From: an uncultured bacterium | GTDB lineage: Bacteria; Acidobacteriota; Aminicenantia; Aminicenantales; Saccharicenantaceae | Direction: 5' to 3' | Assembly (NCBI GenBank): GCA_963827635.1 | Contig: CAWHBV010000009.1 | Coordinates: 281,802-345,801 of the forward strand | DNA length: 64,000 nt | The notes under the pieces: model-generated | The model's database searches: none | What the model was told of the DNA's origin: nothing | The model's input: the letters and a program-made list of their open reading frames with translations, nothing else | Part shown: piece after piece, positions 60,099 to 64,000 of the stretch | Layout of the letters: the number at the start of each line of letters is the position of its first letter | Numbering within the stretch: the stretch's first letter is position 1 | Position numbers and translations under genes: made by a program

Positions 60099-60127
60099 TT
60101 GTAACTCCCCGGACACGGTGCTATGAT
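60099..60127 (+). promoter_or_regulatory. Promoter with extended -10 (TGCTATGAT) for the purF-like gene
   Basis: TTGTAA-17 nt-TATGAT with TG at 60119-60120. Confidence 0.5.
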
Positions 60128-60157
60128 GGGCCGATATTTCCGGGCGAGGAGGACGAC

Positions 60158-61564
60158 ATGGGCGGATTCTTCGGGGTCGCGGGCAAGTCCGACATCGTCG
60201 GCGACCTGTTCTACGGAACGGACTACCACTCCCACCTCGGGACGAAGCGCGGCGGCCTGGCCGTCGGCAACGGCGAGGGCATCGTCCGCTACATCCACAA
60301 CATCGAGAACGCCCAGTTCCGGTCGAAGTTCGGCGACGACGTCGGCAAGCTCCACGGCACCCGGGGCATCGGCGTCATCAGCGACTACGAGGACCAGCCC
60401 CTGCTCATCCGGTCCCACCTGGGGAATTTCGCGATCGCCACGGTCGGCGTCATCAAGAACATCGACGAGCTCGTGGCCCGGGCCTTCAAGGCCAAGTGCC
60501 TCCATTTCTCCGAGATGCGCGGCGGCGAGATCAACCCGACCGAGCTCGTGGCCGCCATCATCGACCAGAAGGACACCTTCGAGGACGGCATCCGGTACGT
60601 CGGCGAGATGATCCGGGGGTCCTGCTCCATCCTCCTCCTGACCGACCACTGCGTCCTGGCCGCCCGGGACAAGTTCGGCCGGACGCCCGTCGCGCTGGGC
60701 CGGAAGCCGGGCGCGTACGCCGCGTCCCTCGAGACCTGCGCCTTCCCCAACCTCGACTTCGAGATCGACCGCTACCTCGGGCCCGGCGAGATCGTCCGGA
60801 TCACCGCGGACGGCTTCGAAACCGTGGTCCCTCCCGGCGACCAACTTCAGATCTGTTCGTTCCTCTGGGTCTATTACGGGTATCCCGCCTCGAGCTACGA
60901 GGGCATCAACGTCGAGACCGTGCGCAACCGCTGCGGGGCGCTGCTCGCCCGCCACGACGACGTCCGGGTCGATCTCGTCGCCGGCATCCCCGATTCGGGC
61001 ATCGGGCACGGTCTGGGCTACGCCGCCGAGGCCGGCGTTCCGTTCCGGCGGCCCTTCGTCAAGTACACGCCGACCTGGGCCCGGAGCTTCATGCCCCAGA
61101 GCCAGGGCGTCCGGGAGCAGGTGGCCAAGATGAAGCTCATCCCCATCCGCGAGATCATCCAGGGAAAGCGCCTGCTGTTCTGCGAGGATTCCATCGTCCG
61201 CGGCACCCAGCTCAAGGACACCATCCAGCGGCTCTACGAATCCGGGGCGGTCGAGGTCCACATGCGCCCGGCCTGCCCTCCCCTCGCCTACGGCTGCAAA
61301 TACCTGAACTTCTCCCGCTCGCGGTCGGAGATGGACCTGGCGGCGCGCCGGGCCATCGCGGCCCTCGAAGGGCCCGAGCCCGGGGACCTCCGGGATTACG
61401 TCCGGTCGGGTTCGGAGAAATACGAGGCCATGGTCGAGTGGATCTCCCGGACGCTCAGCCTGACCTCGCTCCGCTACCAGAGCCTCGAAGACCTGATCGC
61501 GGCGATCGGCCTGCCGAAGGACAAGCTCTGCACCTTCTGCTGGGACGGCGTGGGCACGGATTGA
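60158..61564 (+). CDS. Amidophosphoribosyltransferase-like protein lacking the N-terminal Cys nucleophile
   Basis: GAGGAGG RBS. Begins MGGFFGV instead of MCG. PRT-domain block LLFCEDSIVRGTQ. Cys residues in the CPPLAYGC and CTFCWDG contexts. Confidence 0.75.
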   Translation: MGGFFGVAGKSDIVGDLFYGTDYHSHLGTKRGGLAVGNGEGIVRYIHNIENAQFRSKFGDDVGKLHGTRGIGVISDYEDQPLLIRSHLGNFAIATVGVIKNIDELVARAFKAKCLHFSEMRGGEINPTELVAAIIDQKDTFEDGIRYVGEMIRGSCSILLLTDHCVLAARDKFGRTPVALGRKPGAYAASLETCAFPNLDFEIDRYLGPGEIVRITADGFETVVPPGDQLQICSFLWVYYGYPASSYEGINVETVRNRCGALLARHDDVRVDLVAGIPDSGIGHGLGYAAEAGVPFRRPFVKYTPTWARSFMPQSQGVREQVAKMKLIPIREIIQGKRLLFCEDSIVRGTQLKDTIQRLYESGAVEVHMRPACPPLAYGCKYLNFSRSRSEMDLAARRAIAALEGPEPGDLRDYVRSGSEKYEAMVEWISRTLSLTSLRYQSLEDLIAAIGLPKDKLCTFCWDGVGTD

Positions 61565-61626
61565 CCGGATCTTCGGCCAGACGGAGGCCGGGGGCCTCAT
61601 CTATCGGACGGGGGTTTGTGATCGGT

Positions 61627-61703
<77 letters not shown>

Positions 61704-61714
61704 GTACCGGCGTC

Positions 61715-61742
61715 ATTATACCAAAACGGCCCGCGTTGTCAA
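61715..61742 (-). promoter_or_regulatory. Consensus sigma70 promoter for tRNA-fMet
   Basis: The minus strand reads TTGACA-16 nt-TATAAT, ending 11 nt before the mature tRNA 5' end. Confidence 0.65.
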
Positions 61743-61748
61743 CGATTC

Positions 61749-61778
61749 TTGAAAGCCGGCTGCCGATGAGCGTATAAT
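61749..61778 (+). promoter_or_regulatory. Near-consensus sigma70 promoter for ychF
   Basis: TTGAAA-18 nt-TATAAT, 47 nt upstream of GTG 61826. Confidence 0.6.
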
Positions 61779-61825
61779 CCCTTCTCAGTTTCCTCGTCAG
61801 GTCAATCCCCCGAAGGAAAACGAAC

Positions 61826-62908
61826 GTGAAGATCTGCATCGTCGGCCTGCCTCTCTCGGGCAAGAGCTCGCTCTTCTCCGCCCTGACGGGCCTCACCACC
61901 GGAATCGGCTCGGCCAAAGGGACCGATCCCGTCGCCGTGGTCAAGGTCCCCGATCCCCGGCTCGAGAAGCTGGCCGCGATCTTCGAGCCCAAGAAGAAGA
62001 CGGCCGCGGCCATCGAGTTCGTCGAGCTCCAGGGCCTCGCCGCCGGGGACGCCGGGAAGACCTCCTTCAGCGAGCAGTTCCTGGGCAAGCTGAGGACGGC
62101 GGACGCCCTCCTGGCCGTCGTCCGCTCCTTCCGCGATCCGGCGGTCCCGCACCCGCTGGAATCGGTCGACGCCCGGCGGGACCTGGCGGCGATCGAGACG
62201 GAGTTCCTCCTGAGCGATCTCGGCATCGTCGAGAGCCGGATCGAGCGCCTGACGAAGCAGGTCGCGGCCAAGAAAAGCGACCGTGACGTCCGGGAGCTCG
62301 CCGTCCTCGAGAAGTGCCGGGCGGTCCTCGAATCGGAGACGCCGCTCCGGCTGACCGAGCTCAGCGCCGACGAGGAAGGACTCGTCCGGGGCTTCCGTTT
62401 CCTGACGCAAAAGCCCATCATCGCCGCGGTCAACCTGGACGAGGACGAGATCCGGCGCGAGGCCGAGGTCCTGGCCCCCTTCGCCGACTGGGCGGCCCGC
62501 GACCGTGCGGCCGCGGTCGGGCTCTCGGCCCGGATCGAGAGCGAGATGCGCCAGCTCTCCGAGACGGACGCCGCCGGTTTCCGGGCCGATTTCGGCATCG
62601 GCCGGGCCGCGCTGGACCGGCTCATCGCCACGGCCTACCGGATGATGGGGCTGATCTCCTTCTTCACCGTCGGCAGCGACGAGGTCAAGGCCTGGACCGT
62701 CGGCGACGGCACCGCCGCCACCCGGGCGGCCGGGGCCATCCACTCCGACATCGAGCGCGGCTTCATCCGGGCCGAGGTCGTCTCCTACGAGCAGTTCGTC
62801 GCCCGCGGCGATATCTCCCTGTGCCGGACCGACGGGACCCTCCGCCTCGAAGGCAAGGCCTATCCCGTCCGCGACGGAGACATCATCAACTTCCGTTTCG
62901 CCGTCTGA
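61826..62908 (+). CDS. ychF: Ribosome-binding ATPase YchF
   Basis: GTG start. P-loop GLPLSGKSSLF. TGS-like C-terminus (VRDGDIINFRF). Confidence 0.9.
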   Translation: MKICIVGLPLSGKSSLFSALTGLTTGIGSAKGTDPVAVVKVPDPRLEKLAAIFEPKKKTAAAIEFVELQGLAAGDAGKTSFSEQFLGKLRTADALLAVVRSFRDPAVPHPLESVDARRDLAAIETEFLLSDLGIVESRIERLTKQVAAKKSDRDVRELAVLEKCRAVLESETPLRLTELSADEEGLVRGFRFLTQKPIIAAVNLDEDEIRREAEVLAPFADWAARDRAAAVGLSARIESEMRQLSETDAAGFRADFGIGRAALDRLIATAYRMMGLISFFTVGSDEVKAWTVGDGTAATRAAGAIHSDIERGFIRAEVVSYEQFVARGDISLCRTDGTLRLEGKAYPVRDGDIINFRFAV

Positions 62909-62937
62909 ACCCTTCCCTGCGCCCTCCCCCGCCGGGC

Positions 62938-62966
62938 TTGACTTTATCGCCCCGGAAAACTAAATA
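62938..62966 (+). promoter_or_regulatory. Sigma70-like promoter directly upstream of nuoJ
   Basis: TTGACT-17 nt-TAAATA, 14 nt upstream of ATG 62981. Confidence 0.45.
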
Positions 62967-62980
62967 TAGGGCGGGTTTCC

Positions 62981-63478
62981 ATGGCTTGGATCGTCTTCAT
63001 CTTCCTGTCCGTCCTGTGCGTCGGTTCGGTCGCGGCCATGATCGTCTCCCGCAACCCCGCCCACAACGCGCTCTTCCTCGTCCTCGCCTTCGCCGCCCTG
63101 GGCGGCCTGTTCGGCCTTCTCGACGCGCCCTTCGCGGCGGCCGTCCAGGTGTTGGTCTATGCCGGGGCCATCATGGTCCTCTTTCTCTTCGCCCTGATGA
63201 TGTTCGACCTGCGCCGGCCGGCGGCGCCGGATAAACCCGGTTTTCGGCTCGCGCTCACGCTCGTCCTGGCCCTGGTCCTCCTCGGCGAGATCGCCCTGGC
63301 CCTCGCCAGGCTCGTCCGGGGCGGCGGCGGGCCGGGCGGCGCGCCCGGTCACGACGTCGGGCGTCTGGGAGCGCTCCTCTTCACCGATTATCTCTATGCC
63401 TTCGAGATCACGTCCCTGCTCATCCTGGCCGCTCTCGTCGGGGCGCTGGCCCTGGCCGGGAAGAAGGAGGGAGCGTGA
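62981..63478 (+). CDS. nuoJ: NADH-quinone oxidoreductase subunit J
   Basis: VQVLVYAGAIMVLFLFALMM block. 165 aa. Confidence 0.85.
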   Translation: MAWIVFIFLSVLCVGSVAAMIVSRNPAHNALFLVLAFAALGGLFGLLDAPFAAAVQVLVYAGAIMVLFLFALMMFDLRRPAAPDKPGFRLALTLVLALVLLGEIALALARLVRGGGGPGGAPGHDVGRLGALLFTDYLYAFEITSLLILAALVGALALAGKKEGA

Positions 63479-63777
63479 TCCCTCCGGCCGCGTTCCTGGC
63501 CCTGGCCGCTCTGCTCTTCGTCCTGGGCGTCCTGGCCTTCTTCGTCAAGAAGGACCTCCTGACCCAGTTCATGGCCGTCGAGATCATGCTCAACGCCGGC
63601 AATCTGGCCTTCCTGGCCCTGGCCAAATCCCTGGGCAGGCCCGACGGCCAGGCCGTCGTCCTCTTCGTCATCACCGCGGCCGCGGCCGAGGCGGTGGTCG
63701 GGCTGGCCATCGTCGTCCTGGTCTTCCGCCGGCGGAAAGCCGTCCGGACGGACGATCTCAAGGAGCTCCGGGGTTAG
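63475..63777 (+). CDS. nuoK: NADH-quinone oxidoreductase subunit K
   Basis: GTG start in a GTGA overlap with nuoJ. 100 aa. Blocks EIMLNAGNLAF and AAAAEAVVGLAIVV. Confidence 0.9.
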   Translation: MIPPAAFLALAALLFVLGVLAFFVKKDLLTQFMAVEIMLNAGNLAFLALAKSLGRPDGQAVVLFVITAAAAEAVVGLAIVVLVFRRRKAVRTDDLKELRG

Positions 63778-63778
63778 C

Positions 63779-64000
63779 ATGGCCGGGCTCTTCTGGCTCA
63801 TCCCGCTCGTCCCCGGGGCCAGCGCCCTCGTGCTTCTGTTCGCCGGGGCCAAGCTGCCCCGGAAATGGGTCGCCGCCCAGGCCTCCGGCGCGGTTCTCCT
63901 GTCCTTCGTCCTCTCGCTCGCCGCGTTCCTCCGGCTCTCCGGCGGCGGGCCGGACGCTCCGGCCTTGTCCAAAACCCTGCTGAGCTGGATCTCCAGCGGT
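63779..64000 (+). CDS. nuoL: NADH-quinone oxidoreductase subunit L, N-terminal fragment (runs off window)
   Basis: ATG 1 nt after the nuoK stop. MAGLFWLIPLVPGASALVLLF is typical of the NuoL N-terminus. Confidence 0.7.
   Translation, partial: MAGLFWLIPLVPGASALVLLFAGAKLPRKWVAAQASGAVLLSFVLSLAAFLRLSGGGPDAPALSKTLLSWISSG

Overview
This is a very GC-rich bacterial chromosomal window. It is almost entirely coding and extremely compact. I call about 60 protein genes and one initiator tRNA. I found no rRNA, CRISPR array, transposase, integrase or phage genes. About 15 gene junctions are 4-nt start/stop overlaps (ATGA, GTGA or TTGA).

Gene content, in order:
- A corrinoid methyl-transfer module: RamA/RACo activase, a stand-alone homocysteine-methyltransferase domain, a B12-binding protein and a non-Pyl MttB.
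- An M1 peptidase, membrane protein and beta-CASP RNase operon.
- rlmI and a NUDIX hydrolase.
- A glycogen supercluster: glgA, a GalT-like gene, a receiver, a GAF histidine kinase, glgC and two GH57 enzymes. It runs head-to-tail with an M28 peptidase and an archaeal-style PurO plus AICARFT-only PurH pair.
- LOG and rlpA.
- A secreted GH63-like enzyme with a glycosylasparaginase.
- An M20 peptidase, a serC-like gene with serA, nifS, and the array asnS-rimO-pgpA-cinA-thpR-plsY-gpsA-TPR.
- ahcY.
- Two M16-like proteins that both lack the zinc motif, translationally coupled to a fused FTCD.
- znuACB, pepD, ridA, an FmdB zinc ribbon with hyuAB, and a GHL10 lipoprotein.
- A pepP, C-N hydrolase and NusG-paralog operon.
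- A PurF-like gene lacking the Cys1 nucleophile, tRNA-fMet, ychF and nuoJKL.

Two window-wide signals stand out:
- Roughly 30 single-base indels, by manual frame tracing, break at least 21 otherwise well-conserved genes. Several lie at or right after G/C/T homopolymer runs. I read this as an assembly or consensus artefact, not biology.
- A TGnTAGAAT/TATAAT -10 element recurs only 6-10 nt upstream of start codons that have no Shine-Dalgarno sequence. This suggests frequent leaderless mRNAs.

The best candidate for something new is the corrinoid module, whose methyl acceptor enzyme is a zinc thiol (homocysteine-type) methylase rather than a pterin- or CoM-type MT2. All family assignments come from reading motifs in the translations. 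No database search was run.
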